Positions 37,912 to 49,360 of a DNA stretch of 64,000 nucleotides are shown here, piece by piece. Source of the DNA: Anthoceros angustus (Eukaryota > Plantae > Anthocerotophyta); assembly GCA_010909165.1 (NCBI GenBank), contig MU008213.1, positions 47,481 through 111,480 on the forward strand. Direction: 5' to 3'. The notes beneath the pieces were generated by a model, which did no database searches, had not been told where the DNA came from, and saw only the letters and a program-made list of their open reading frames with translations. Numbering within the stretch: position 1 is the stretch's first letter; each line of letters opens with the position of its first letter. The position numbers and the translations under genes were made by a program.

Positions 37912-40900
37912 TGTGGAAGACCACATGAACTAACCGCCTCTCAAGTGTGGATGAACGATTTTTTTGTTTTGGAGTGTAGAAAAGTGCTTTGAGAATCGCC
38001 GAAGGTCTTTTATGGAATGGTCCTTGGCCCTTGGAGATAATAATTTTTTTTTGACCTTAGGTTTGACCTGCAGGTGGGTAGAAATAGAGTCCTTGGGTGG
38101 GAATTTTAGAATAAAAAGGTGTCTATATATGCTAGGGATGCTCACCACAGCCATGCCAGTGGGGTGGTGGCTAGTTCCACCACGGGCCGAGAAACGGACG
38201 CATGCACTGTGGGAATTTACAACCCTAGTGGCGAGCTACCACGGAAAACCGAGAAGGCACACCCAAGACCGCGAGCGACCGGAGGCGCGGAAGCAGCAAG
38301 AGCAGGGCCACGCGAGCACGCAGCAGGGGAAGCCACGCGTGGCACGCCGGCGGAGAGAAATCGGCGAAAGAGCGCGAGGAGCGCGGGAAGGAGGAGACGG
38401 CGAGGTTCTTCTCTCAGCAGTGAGTTTGGGAAACAACGAGAAAAGGAGAGAGCCCGAGTCGTCACTCACGCAGGCCCAACATGGACCATCGGAAAGTGAG
38501 AGCGGCACCGTGTGAGCCGGTCTCAAGTTCATGGAGAAGAAATGGTGTTACAACCCGATTGGTGCAAGAGTGCGCCCGCAATTAAGGACCAAGTCGCAAG
38601 AGGGTGACGCGAGGAAAAGGCCGCAAACTGGATTTGGCCTTTCGAGCAGCAGTATGGGCGAAGCATCGAGGATGGGAGCTTGATTGACCCCAGAGAAAGA
38701 AGACTTTGAGCCGCAGCTGGCGCCATGAAGCCTGGGGAAGTGAGTGAACAATGGATGGGTGACTCGCCAACTCGTTCTCACCGTGGGATTGGCCAAATGG
38801 ATTTTGTGTTTCGTAACCGGTTGGATCATATGGCGGATCACTTCGGTTTTTCTTCACGAGGTGGTCAAGGTACACAAATTGATTGGGGAGGATGATTTTG
38901 AAAGAGCCTGAGGAGAGGCGAATTTCTCTTCCCTCGCCCTCCTTGATTTCTTTTCGATTCATGTATTTGCATTCGTGTTTAACGGAGTTGAAGTCGTGGT
39001 CTTCATGGAAGTGGGGAACTCAAGGTAGAGGAGAGGAGAAGGAGGATTCAAAGGATTCCAAAGTAGCTTGGGAGTGCGCCTCGAAGTTAAGAGGTGGGAA
39101 GTTTCCAAGGGTAAGAAGGAAGGGCGACGTCGAACGGGTCCAAGAAGGAAGGAGGACAGCAGAAGAGGAACCCAACCACACCTGTGGTCACCAAAGATCA
39201 GCAGGAACGCGTAAGGAGGAGAAAATAAAGGGAATGGCAAGTTGTGCCCTCCTGTGGGGATGAATCCGCCGCTAGGAGAGAGGGAAGAGGAGAGTGGCAA
39301 ACCAACCCCTAGGAGAGAGGGGTTAACGATAGCCAGTCCGCCGGAGCTCCGGACATTTTTGGCGACATTTCACCGAACTGTCAAGGTGGGATAGAGACAC
39401 AACGAGAATTGTTGTGGAGGCGGATGGGCAAGGGACAGCCCAATTTGGGATTTGGTGGTTTGACTTCGCCATGGCTCAGACGCAGCGGATCTCCTCGATC
39501 AGCCATGGCTCTCACCGGCCGAGTGTGCAAGGCCAAGAGAAGTTGCTCAAGGAGAAGTTGGAGAGCCCGAAGGAGAACAAGGTGGCCGAGGAGCGCAGAC
39601 GGAGTGCGGCCCTATGCAAGGCACAGGAGCTAAGGCCATGTCCACCAACAGAGGCCTTAGTAAATCAGTCAAGGGGCGATGCTACAATTGAAGAGCTTCA
39701 AGATGAGGTCTCGCGAGTCCTGTGAACAATGGAAACAATGGCGCCCGAGAAATTCAAGAAGTCATGGAGAGATACAAGCGAGAGAGAGATGAAGCTAGCC
39801 GAGTCAAGAGAGAGGTGGCCAAACCAAGAAAGGCGAGCCACAGCAGAGCCAAGCAACCACCGTGGGGAAAACCACCACGGTGGCTAAACCGCCACCGCCG
39901 CGGGAGGAACCGAGGTGGGGAAGTCACCGTGAGCGTCGCAGATGGAGGGACGATCCGGAGAATCAAGGCCGCCTGGATTGTCCACGGAGGAGAGGGTAAG
40001 GACCTCGTAGTCAAGAGCGACAGTACGGCCCGGATGAGGATGCTCAGCTTCGCCGCATGGTGAGCGTGCTCACTCTAAATGTGTATGTGGTTGTTGGGAC
40101 AGGAGGGGCGTAAACTATCCACATCTTGACGCCACGCCACTACGCTGGTTCTTCCGAACGGAGGCGCCTACCTCCAAGTGGTGATCGAGGAAATGAGCGA
40201 GGCAGCTGTGGCATGGAGGGAGGAGCACACGGTGGTTGTCCAAATGAGGAGCGGAAACAGAGGGCCTATAGACAACCGCCCAAGGCTGGAAGACGCCAAG
40301 AAACCGCAGCAAGTGAGAGCGAGGTGGAGGTTTTGGGGAGAATCGCCGATCGAGGCGGTGAGAGCGAGCGGTCCCTACCGTAGGCTAGGCAAAGAATCAT
40401 GACGCACTGATTTTAGGAGAGCGACATCATAGGACCGGGCTTTTTGGGGTAGGGATAGGATGTTTTGAGGACCCTGGAGTTTAATTGCAGGGAGCCGTGG
40501 TAGGAGCCAATTTTTAGACACTAGAGAAGTGAGTTGTGGACCACAATGAATGTATAAGAGACCCTTGAGAGTCTCTCAATGCATAATTTCGTGTGAACTT
40601 CCGTGTTGAAGCTATGCGCGAGGTTGATTGGAGACGCGATCAAGATCAAACTCGCCGATGCACTTCTCTCACAAGAAGGCCGGAAGATCCTCGGATGGTC
40701 GAGAGCGGAGTGGCCCACGCCTGGGTGACGGAAGGCAGCGCACGAAAAAGAGGTAGGAATTGCTGGCCGAGGCGGAATCGCCGAAGGCGATCGCCCAAGC
40801 ACCGGGGTTTTTCCCGATCCCTTTCCCGACCGCCACTGTGTTTATTCCATGAGGAGGGGTCTGTGGCCCAAGGAGGGGTCTGTGGCCCAAGGAGGGGTCT

Positions 40901-41545
40901 GTGGTGCAAGGAGGGGTCTGTCCCAAGAGGGGTCTGGTGAGGGGTCTGTGACCCAAGGAGGTCTGTCCAAGGAGGGGTCTGTGGTGACCTCCCCAAGGAG
41001 GGGTCTGAGCCCAAGGAGGGGTCTGCCAGGAGTCTGTGGTACCAAGGAGGGGTCTGTGTGGCCCAAGGAGGGGTCTGTGACCCAAGGAGGTCTGTGGCCT
41101 GTGGAGGTGAAGAGTGCATTAGGAAGAGGAAGGTTCTCAAGGGGTATGAGTGCGCTACCGTGAGGGATTGTGAGAGTGTGAGGGAAAATCGAAATGCAAG
41201 AGGTGGAAGTGGTGGGATCGCAAATTCTAGAGGTAGAGTGAGGTATATAGGTGTTGTATGCCCATAGCCCCAAGGTCCGCGCTGAAGCCGTGACAACAGA
41301 CCCCGCGAAGGCGCGTGGGGGGGACCCGCCATGGTCGAACCGCCCACCTCGGTGGCTAATCTACCACTGGTGGGTTTGGGTAGGTAGCCGGAGAAGGTGG
41401 GGTAGTGAGCGACGGGAAGGTCCAGATCCATAGATTCGTAACACCTGACACAAAACCATTCCCTTGGGATCGAATCCTAGGACTATAACGACATAGAGGG
41501 TAAATGTGGCCTCTTTGCGCTCTTGGATGCAAAACCCATTCCACA
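37912..41545 (+). repeat. 3' LTR (~3.63 kb) of the Athila-like element
   Basis: Starts TGTGGAAGACCACA after the PPT at 37897-37911 and ends TTCCACA before TSD AGAGG. Confidence 0.92.
40850..41100 (+). repeat. ~19-bp minisatellite (GGAGGGGTCTGTGGCCCAA) inside the 3' LTR
   Basis: About 14 degenerate units here versus about 5 at the equivalent site in the 5' LTR (~31780-31860). Confidence 0.9.
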
Positions 41546-43140
41546 AGAGGGTTGGAAGGAACCTCCTTTAGGATACCTAGCTGTTTTTGATGATCCTATT
41601 CCCCTTGTATCACTTTACTCACAAGTTGTATACAAGGCAACCATAGATCCAGAAGAACCCCTTACCTTAAAACAAGCTTTCTCTTCTCCTGAAAAAGACT
41701 TATGGAAGGTAGCTGTAGATTCTGAATATAATTCTCTCATTAGTAACTCTACATGGGAATTGGTTAAGCCACCTAAGGGTAGGAAGATAGTCACCAACAA
41801 ATGGGTATTCAAAATTAAGAGAAAAGGAGATGGTTCCATTGAGAGATACAAAGCACGTCTAGTAGCCAGAGGCTTTACCCAGATCCCTGGTCTAGACTAT
41901 ATCCCTTGGGCTACCTATGCACCAGTAGCCAAATTTGCCACACTTCGAATGATATTTGCCTTAGCCGCACAACATGATCTTGAGCTCCATATGATGGATG
42001 TGAAGACAACATATTTATATACTGCAAGAGGAAATATACATGAGACAACCTGAGGGTTATGAAGTTAAAGGCAAAGAAGATTGGGTATGCCAACTCATCA
42101 AAGGCTTATATGGCCTGGCGGTCGAGAAAATTGGAACTTAACAATTTATGTTAAGCTTGTTGGAAAAGGATTCAAGCAAAGCCAGGCTGATGCTTGCCTC
42201 TATATCCTTATATCCGGCAAATCAATATTCTATCTTCTACTTTATGTAGATGATGTCTTTATGGCAACAAACTCTCCATCTCTCCTAGCTGAAACAAAAG
42301 CATGGCTTAAGACACTTTTTGAGATGTCTGATTTAGGAGAAATGCCATATGCACTTGGAGTTAATATTGTACGAGATAGGAGCAATAAGACCCTAAGGGT
42401 CGTTCAATCCAAGTACATCAAGAAGAGTTTAGTTAAATTTGGGCTTGAGGATGCTAAGCCTGCACCTACACCATTTGCTAGTGGGTGGCTTACCTCATAT
42501 GAGTCCCAAAAGCAATTTGAAAGCAAGAGATGCTAGGTCCCATATCGACATGCAGCTGGCATTCTTATATATTTAAGCAATTTTACAAGACCGGATATTG
42601 CTTTTGAAGTTAGCTCCATCACAATTTGGAAAATCCGACGTGAGCATTGGATGTCGATGAAAGCGCATATCTTAAAGGTACTATGCACACAGGACTGACG
42701 TTCAAGCATTCACCCGACATAGAGAAGTTAACCTTAACAGCTTATCTATCCTATCAGCGTCCAGGATTGGACCCCAACCAATATCTGGTCAAGTAAGAAA
42801 CAACCATAGCCTTGTCAAGCCGGTCAAAGTATAGAGTATTACCTCATTGTAAAGACATAGTATGGACTAGGCTAGTTTTGGTGAACTTCATCACAAGCAA
42901 GATAAGCCTACCTCATTGTTGAATGATAGTCGGGGAGCTATAGCCTTGTCAAGGAACCTTGTCTTCCTCTAGAACAAAACATATTCTTTAAATATCATTA
43001 CATTAGAGAAAATTAGAGGATAAAACTATAGATATTAGTTATGTTCAAACTTTAGATAATGCGGTGATTTATTGACCAAGTCATTAGGAATTGAACTCCA
43101 TAAAAACACATGAAATGTTTAGGTATTTTGGACACAAACC
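41546..43140 (+). mobile_element. pol: Ty1/Copia host element, 3' part (RT, RNase H)
   Basis: EPLTLKQAFSS..WKVAVDSEYNSLISNSTWELVKPPKGRKIVTNKWVFKIKRKGDGSIERYKARLVARGFTQIPGLDY; YLLLYVDDVFMA; FEMSDLGEMPYALGVNI. Confidence 0.95.
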
Positions 43141-44879
43141 TACTCGCCTAGAGTTCAACCTATCGACCTATTCTAAGTTTTACGAAACATCTTCCTCGAT
43201 CTCCATGTAATCCAAGTCTTCCACTCCATAGAGTCTCGAATCACATTGGAAAATAATATTAAAATATTAAATATGTTTTTAATTAAACTTTACCCATTTT
43301 TAGCCGAAAACTACTAGACATGAATCATGTGGAAACTCCTCATATAGGTTACCCTCAACATGAAGATTCCTGTCTCAGGGCATATGTAACCCCAAGGTGG
43401 TAAGTCTGCCCCAAATTCCCCTTTCTTATCAGTGATTAGGTAGATTAGTTTATCATAATCTCCAAGGGGAAATTCTCTTCCGGGTTTCCAGAACCCTATA
43501 TTCCCAATCCTATGCTTTTCGTCGGGGCCAGAAAATAATCCTAAAAAATGGGCAAGCTTTAGCAAGAGGAAAATATGTTAAAGCACTTTTTAGTTTTATA
43601 AAAACCATTGCCTACTTTTTTCATTTTCCTCATTTTCCATTTCCTTCTCCTTTTTGCCGCATTTATCCATTAATAAATCTGCAAAAATCAATTTTACTCA
43701 ATTTAAAGGACCCTTTTCTTGGTCACTTAAAATATGCCCACAAACGGGTTTTCAATTGGGTGCCTCTCCCTCACAATGGGGCATCCCCTCAAGTGCCTCC
43801 CTTGTGGGGGTACCATGCTACATGCTACAACCAACAGCCTACTACCTGCTACACACACCTGCTATCTTACTTGAGACCTCACCGCTTCATCAAAGAAGCA
43901 AAGTTTTTCCATGAAGACGTTGAATCAGATAGCAGAACAAGCTCCGGCGATTTCTTCTCCACATAAGCTTTCTGGAATCTCCCTCGACGATCTCTCATCT
44001 GCACACAACCGTGGTAGTGTGGAACATAAAAGTTTGGGCACTCCTACTTTTCGGATCAAAAGGGATCAAACTAGAGCAAAACTGGAGCAGAGCTAAAGCA
44101 AACGGGAGAGAATTGAAGTGAAGTGGAAGAGAATTGTCAGAAGATCTTGAGGCAGTTTGTTGGAGAATGAGGAGTAGAGGGTGAAGGCAATTACGCCAAG
44201 GAAGTAGCTTGAGGTTGCTGCACAAGCAGCTATTGATAGGCTTGTAGAGGCAAAGGCCTGATTATTGGGGACCACCACCAAGTTTGAGGGGAAGGCAAAG
44301 TAATTTGCCACATGTGGGGAAGAAGTGAGACATAAGATGGGTCAAGTGCCCGTAATGGTGGAATTGTGCAAAATCTGTTGCAGGGCTCTAGGTTGGGAGC
44401 TCAGCATGCGAGAAAGGAGCAGCAATCGGTGCAAGGATGGGAGCGAGGAGCTCATGTTGAGGGTGAGCAGCCACAAGGGTTGCAAGAGGGGCCATGGTGG
44501 GGGCACGTGGAAGTAACACGATAATTTTTGAAGGGGAATATACTAACCCCTTACGACACCCCTTGTCACGAGAACACCTTACCTAAAACAAAGATATTAG
44601 CCCTACTTTGATAATGCACACACCCTTTTACGAGGTCATACATGATAAATGCCGCACTTTCAAGTGAACACCCTAGAAATGGAGCACAGTAGGGTGGCTA
44701 CCTTTTTGTAGAATGTTTAGAGGGCTGCCATTTTCATATGTTTAGTACAACCGAAAACTTTTGCTTTGAAGTGGTGGAACACAATAAAAACAATCCTGTA
44801 CTAGAGGGAGTCCCATTTTAATCGTCGTAACAACATTGCAACAAACATCTGCTAAAGGAGGGTGTGGTCATCGGCATCG

Positions 44880-46130
44880 ACAATAGTCATTGAAGAGTGC
44901 GGCCTGGGGACTCATCCATGCCTTGCACCGACACTGAGTCAAGAACCACCGCCATATTCCGGAGGCGGTCCATATCTTCCGCCTCAAAGTTATCGTTCTC
45001 CTCCATTGCTTGCTCGTCTTCAATAGTATCATTCCACAGGCCCACCGTCGGCGGTGTGGGGCCACCAGATCTAGGGTTTTGTGACCCTCATCCAAAAAAA
45101 GGTCGCATGGTCTTCAACCTCGGCACTCAATGCAACCACTTGGGGCAGCAAGGCAATCCTTCTCACTTATGCAAACCTCCTTTGCCCAGGATGGACCCTG
45201 CGATGCGGCTCGAGCGTTAGCTCTTCCTCTGCGTCTGGTAGGACTTGTACACCATGTATGCGTTGTTCAATGTACCCAGCACCTCAAATCGGCTTCAATG
45301 CGATTCCGGCCACATAGTCTTGCCAATGTTGTCGCTCCACACAAGCATCCACAACCCAATCTCCTTCCACGGAGAATGTTTTGACAAGTTTTTCATAAGG
45401 CCTAGCGGGCGTTGGTAAGGGCATACCACCAGCCGTGCGATAGGTGGACCGACTTCTTGGCGACAAGGGTGCCCAATAAGCATCCTTCCATTGTTGAAAG
45501 TCCCATGCATGCGTTAGGCATCATAGGAACCCGATCTCTCGCACTGCTTTAAGACACCATCCCACTGTCACGTACTCGACAGTCTCAAATCCGCCTCTAT
45601 CGTTATTCATGTTTGTCTTGTCCCAGATGAAGGACACCATGCCTCCCTTCCCACACAATTTCCGCATAGACTCCCTGATTGTGTGGGCTTCTTCAACTCC
45701 ATGCAAGACGATAAGCCTGAACTCCTCGCTGGTGGTCTTCTCTTCAAACTACGGCTCCCCAACATGGCCAAATCCATGCTTGTCCATAGGTCCGATGTCA
45801 AAGCCACGGGGCGTCCATGACAAGCAAAGTGTATCTCCTCCATAACGCATGTCAAGAACATTCGTCCTTGATGCAGTCTTGGACACGCTTTTGATCGATG
45901 GAGCGTTGAAAGCGTGGAGTCCCTCTTGCAAGTCCTCGCTAAAGGCCTGCTCATTCTCCAAGCCCTTCCAATTATTGATCTCAAATATGAAATGGCGAAA
46001 CTCCTGGGAAGTTTCGACAGACCTCCATCCTTCAATTCTTTGCGCATGCAATCCGAATGGTCGTGAAGAATATCCTATACTTTTCCACGAAAGGACTATT
46101 ATTGCAACAACGCTGGCTGGCGTCATCCAG
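44880..46130 (-). CDS. N4/N6 DNA methyltransferase-like protein (beta-class, PF01555-type architecture), frameshifted
   Basis: Stitched minus-strand reading: YTLLVMDAP(W/Y)GFDIGPMDK (motif IV-like, DAP at 45807-45815); SFIWDKTNMNNDRGGFETVEYVTVGW (WxK...ExxxV segment); VVCPYQRPLGL-YEKLVKTFSVEGDWVVDAC-G (P-xQ-K/R-P plus SAM-binding motif I, ~45320-45430). Motif IV precedes motif I, which is the beta permutation. Confidence 0.72.
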
Positions 46131-46139
46131 CGCTGTTCT

Positions 46140-46830
46140 CAGCCCAGCGTGGCCAGAAGAAGGGCGCCGGCCGCCCTCCCTCCTGCGTGCCACGTTTGTG
46201 GCTAAATTGTGCTGGCGTGGGCCGGGCGTGGCCGCCGGCGCCCCACCGTACTACCGTATGTGGCCATCGGTGGTGCCCGTGGAGGGCGGCGGCCACGCCT
46301 CCCACTCGAGGAGGCCCTAGGGGTGGCGCGCTGAGGTGGTGCTGAAAGCGGCGCGCACGCCTCACAGCACCCGTCGGTGGCCCCGACGGGTGGTGCGAGG
46401 GCATACACCACACCGGTGCGGCGCCACTGGTGGCGCGTGGAGAAGGGCGCCCCTCCCCCGGCATCCGTCGGTATCCGACGGGTGGTCGCAGAGCGCGCCG
46501 GCCGCCCGGCGCCCTGCGTGCGAGGCGGGCGCCGGCCGGCGGCGTCCGCCCTCCGCACCGCTGGGCCTCCTCGTGGTGGTGCGCTGGCGAGGGCCGCCGG
46601 CCGGCCGGCACCCGCCCTCGCGCGCCACCCGGAGGCCCCGGTTGAGCGCGGATCGAGCGGCCGGCCGGCCGCTTCGCACAATTAGGTATTGGTGGCGCTT
46701 GGAGGGCCGGGCCGCCGGCCGCGCCTCCCACGTTGGCCCCGACGGGTGGTGCGCCGGAGGATGGCGCCACCTCGGACCACCCGTCGGGGTTTCACGGTGG
46801 TCTTGGATAGGGAGGTCCCTACGGGCGGTA
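46140..46830. repeat. Very GC/CpG-rich segment with recurring CACCCGTCGG/CCGACGGGTG hairpins
   Basis: Inverted pairs at 46368-46377/46383-46392, 46462-46471/46475-46484 and 46737-46750/46776-46789. Confidence 0.75.
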
Positions 46831-47769
46831 ACTAGGTAGAAAGGTAAGTAGGTAGATAGGTAGGATGAGAGTGTCTCGCTACCGTAGGGAGTGGTGAGGT
46901 CTCCCTACCGTAGGGAGTGGAGAGGTCTCCCTACGTGGGCAGCGGAAGTGGGGTGCGACACCCTACATGGGTACCTTGGGCAGCAAGCTTTCCACATAAG
47001 GCAGGTTTCAACCTAGGAAGTTGTTAAAAAGGACTGTATATGCAAGGTTGTGGATAAATAGGGTATATTAGGAATAATAGAACATAAATATGTAAGGTAG
47101 GTAGTGTAGGGTGCTTATACCAAGTAGGGCTGCTAAATAGAGGACGGTGGAAATGGTGCCACATGGCAAGGAATCAACGGCCTATATCAAGGAGTTTCCA
47201 TCACTACCAAAGGGCCATGCAAGCTTGGTGTGTAGGGAGTGGTACCTAGGAAGCCCGCGAGGAATCGCGAGGAAGAGCTTGTGCATGCAAGGGAAGCTAG
47301 GGAAAGGACTTGGTGAGAACAGTGCCCATGTGTGTAAGGAGAAGGAGGTGTGCGTACATAAGGAGTTGTGTGTGAAGGGATTTGAAACTATGGCCTGAAG
47401 AGAGCAGCAGCAGCTGAATTTTTGTGCCTAGGACCTTGCAAGTGAGGGATTTGGGCGCATAAGCAGTATCTTTGTGAGGACATCAAGTTTGAGCTAGGTG
47501 GGAATTTGTGGAGAAGAGGAAGTATAAGTGGAAAAGGGTCAAGTTGCTCTCTTGGTGGATTTGTGTGGCGAGTAAAGAAAGCTTGCAATTGTGTGTAGAA
47601 ACTGAGGTGACAACTAAGTACAAACGAGCACGTGGGCGTGCCCAAGCTTGTCTTGTTTGTGCAAGATGGTGAAAGCGCCTGCACCTAAGAAGGGCAAGGC
47701 TGCTGGTGGAAACCACACGAGCGTATCTGAAGTACTCCTCACCTTCTCGAAGGGACGCCTGACCTAAGC

Positions 47770-49360
47770 GCCATCGCCACTTGGATAATATGAAATTTTC
47801 GTTGAGTGATATCGTCATCCATGCCCTTCGATCTATAAGACCATCGCCAAACCTTCTCCGTAGTGTGTAATAAGGATTTGCCACATTCTCGAAGGAATTC
47901 CTTGGAATGATTTCCAAGGCTCGCTTATATGTCCTTTTGGCACATATCCGCATCAAGCTTCTTGGGGTCCTCATCCTTTCCGCCTTTGCTTTTTGCTTGT
48001 TCCAGCTATAACATGCTTCTTCTGGCAATTCCCGACTTTGTGAATATCTTGTCAACATTTTCCTGCATTTTCCCTCTAGCTTGGCTATGCATAAGATATA
48101 GGTCCATTGTTGACCTTGTTCGCTTGTAGAACATCGTCCTCACGTGCTTCGTCGTCCTCAATAAGACCAAGCACTTTGTATAGGCTAAGGTTAGCCTTCA
48201 TTCCAAGGTTGCTTTATGTATAGCCTGTTGAATTATCGATAGAAATGCCACGTACAGGGGGTGCGTGGAAGGGAGGGATGACATATTTTTTTGCTCTGAA
48301 CCTTTGCCAGTCTAACTTCTCCAACTCATCGCACTCAGCAGGATCAATCATACATAGTAGTGGGAGCACTCCTTCTTCAATTACGCCTTGGAATAACACG
48401 AGCCAAGTAATTTGCTTCATCCACCTTGCATACTTGCCGTTCGGGTGAGGTAGGCTGCCCGAGGTTCTCAGTTTACAAAACGAGCCATGACAACTTTCTT
48501 TGAGTACGCCGCTTCTACGATGTGTCAATGGATCTTCATCGCATAGCTTCCGCTAGTCTTCTCCATCTGGACACGTGAACTATTGGAATGGCCTCTAGCT
48601 CTTCATCTATCTGGACTTTTTCGCTCTCCATGTTTGCATTTGGCGCTCTGCGTCCCACCGCCTCCCACCGGCATTTTCATCGCCTCGCTTCCGCTCTTCA
48701 AAATGCGACGCCCACCATCTTGAATGGAGGACCTTTGAAGGCGCCAAGCCGGCCCCTCTTCTTCCTGATGCGGCCGATTCAAGGGCTTGCTTCCCGCTGT
48801 ACCCCTTGTGAGGCGCCATGCCCAGCGCGCATGCCCTTCCTCTCCTTGGAGCCTGGTGCTACCGGAGCTGTGAGGGGCGCCGGGCAGCCGCCGCCCATGC
48901 CCATCTTCTACTGCGGGAGGCGGATCGAGGAGGGCTCGGCCGGGCCGCCCATCGCCCCAGGGATCCTTCCGCCTGTTAGCACTTCTTGAGGCGAGAGAGG
49001 CGAGGGAGGCGGCTGGCGACGCCTCCCTCACGCCGTCGTGTCACCTCATGTTGGGACCCTCCGCATGCTATAGTCCCCTCATCTTCTTCCCGGTATGTCT
49101 CCTCATCATCGAAAGTGTCCAAGACTATCAGGAATGGGCCCGTCGTCGTCGTCCGTAGGGCCTAGCTCGCTCCCATCTTGTAAGTCGCTTGGGGTTGAGT
49201 TAATTTTGTAAGTCCAGTTCTTGATGTTAATGTGTTAGGAAATCGTTGTCCAAGTGGCTTTTTTGTTGTGTCCTTCCTAAACCACATTTTTCTCCCAAAG
49301 CCCGAAGTTCTGATCGTCCCTTCCCGTGAGGAGCAGTAGTCCTCACTGCTCCTACTTTGC
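47770..49360 (-). CDS. Uncharacterised ORF (frameshifted), weak resemblance to ParB-like TE-associated proteins of bryophytes
   Basis: Coding-like minus-strand frames, e.g. GVIEEGVLPLLCMIDPAECDELEKLDWQ..KKYVIPPFH and MFYKRTRSTMDLYL...VDKIFTKSG. The canonical GGNH core is not seen. Confidence 0.4.

Larger units (their letters stand above)
28747..41545 (+). mobile_element. Full-length Athila-like (non-chromovirus Ty3/Gypsy) element, 12.8 kb, TSD AGAGG
   Basis: LTRs 28747-32294 and 37912-41545 with TGTGGAA...TTCCACA termini (5' copy lacks the first TG). PBS TTTTGGCGCTGCCGGG; PPT AAATGAGAAGGAGTA; TSD AGAGG at 28742-28746 and 41546-41550. Removing the element restores the in-frame Copia reading FKVSE|GWKEPPLGYL. 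Confidence 0.92.

Noticed and set aside
46123-46839. Several long overlapping ORFs on both strands
   Set aside because: Expected in very GC-rich DNA with few stop codons; Arg/Pro/Ala/Gly-rich with no motifs.
47460-47500. SNF2-like 'KLDVLTKILL' on the minus strand
   Set aside because: Isolated short match in a region whose composition suggests a plus-strand leader; no other helicase motifs.
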